Source: a bacterium (GTDB lineage Bacteria > Hinthialibacterota > Hinthialibacteria > Hinthialibacterales > Hinthialibacteraceae). From it: a stretch of DNA of 64,000 nucleotides. Each line of letters opens with the position of its first letter. Position 1 is the stretch's first letter. The notes below the pieces were generated by a model. That model was not told the origin of the DNA, ran no database searches, and worked only from the letters and a program-made list of their open reading frames with translations. This document shows positions 63,398 through 64,000 of this stretch, in pieces. The stretch spans positions 864,001-928,000 of the forward strand of contig CAXXMV010000008.1 of assembly GCA_963662285.2 (NCBI GenBank), written 5' to 3'. The translations under genes were made by a program, and so were the position numbers.

Positions 63398-63892
63398 ATG
63401 TTACGATTATTATTAAAATTACTGGTCTATGTATGCGGCGCCACTTGTTGTGCGCTATTGGTGTTATCGGGATTTGGCCCAATGATAATAACCCAAGAGC
63501 CTATCACTGGATATGTAATGCTGCTGCATGTCGGCCTTGCAGGATTTTTCACAGTTTGCGTCGCCCTATTCGCCCTGTTCAGTTCTACGCGGCATATTTT
63601 CACAAAACCCGATCAATTGCTGCTGCGCTATATGTTGTTGGGCAACCAGGACAGCCGCATAACAGCGTCAACCAGCGCCGGCTTCTGGATGAAAATATGT
63701 TATTGGTTGATGCTCATAGTTTCTTTGCCGCTGATGCTATCCATTGCGCTTAGCATGTTTCCCCTGTTCGGCCCGGAGGCTCAGGAGACATTGCGTTGTC
63801 TTCATATTTACAGTGCATTCTTAATGATTCTAATGATCGTCTGTTATTTCTGCACTTCATTGGTTTATCAATTCAAAAGGTTCAATTCATGA
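63398..63892 (+). CDS. Four-TM cytochrome b-like membrane protein
   Basis: Four hydrophobic helices with His in LLHVG and CLHIY; follows the multiheme cytochrome. Confidence 0.6.
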   Translation: MLRLLLKLLVYVCGATCCALLVLSGFGPMIITQEPITGYVMLLHVGLAGFFTVCVALFALFSSTRHIFTKPDQLLLRYMLLGNQDSRITASTSAGFWMKICYWLMLIVSLPLMLSIALSMFPLFGPEAQETLRCLHIYSAFLMILMIVCYFCTSLVYQFKRFNS

Positions 63893-64000
63893 GTTTTGCA
63901 TGAAGTTAAACCAGAAAATTCATACGGCGTCCAGCCATCCGGAAATTATCCCCGGAGCGCATCGCTTCAGCCATGAAGCGATGGCGACGGTCTTTGAGAT

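Overview
Bacterial chromosomal window with about 45 CDS and no rRNA, tRNA or CRISPR array seen. Gene content (many Tat-exported sugar oxidoreductases and glycosidases, rubrerythrin/desulfoferrodoxin, multiheme cytochrome) suggests an anaerobic or microaerotolerant sugar degrader, possibly PVC/OLB16-like (weak inference). It holds housekeeping genes (purF, mnmG, thrC, rsmD, rdgB), an orphan terminase large subunit, an intact IS481 inserted in the loop of a palindromic repeat, a permease-SPFH fusion plus hflC/hflK operon, neuA/neuC and an AT-rich KAP NTPase. Main points of interest: (1) an 11-gene oxygen-defence cluster (ahpC, dfx, rbr, a rubredoxin missing from the ORF track, ZIP, ferritin, cydAB) behind a well-spaced sigma54 promoter and palindromic enhancer, next to an unusual ArsC-PAS(Cys)-AAA+-HTH activator; (2) very dense intergenic repeats (at least 7 REP-like families and an IS4-ended MITE) whose duplications end at a fixed hairpin foot, capture flanking DNA and bracket single genes as sister copies; (3) a periplasmic redox module of three Tat paralogs, a Gfo/Idh/MocA enzyme, a 7-heme cytochrome and a cytochrome b-like protein. 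All calls come from motif recognition by eye; no searches were run.
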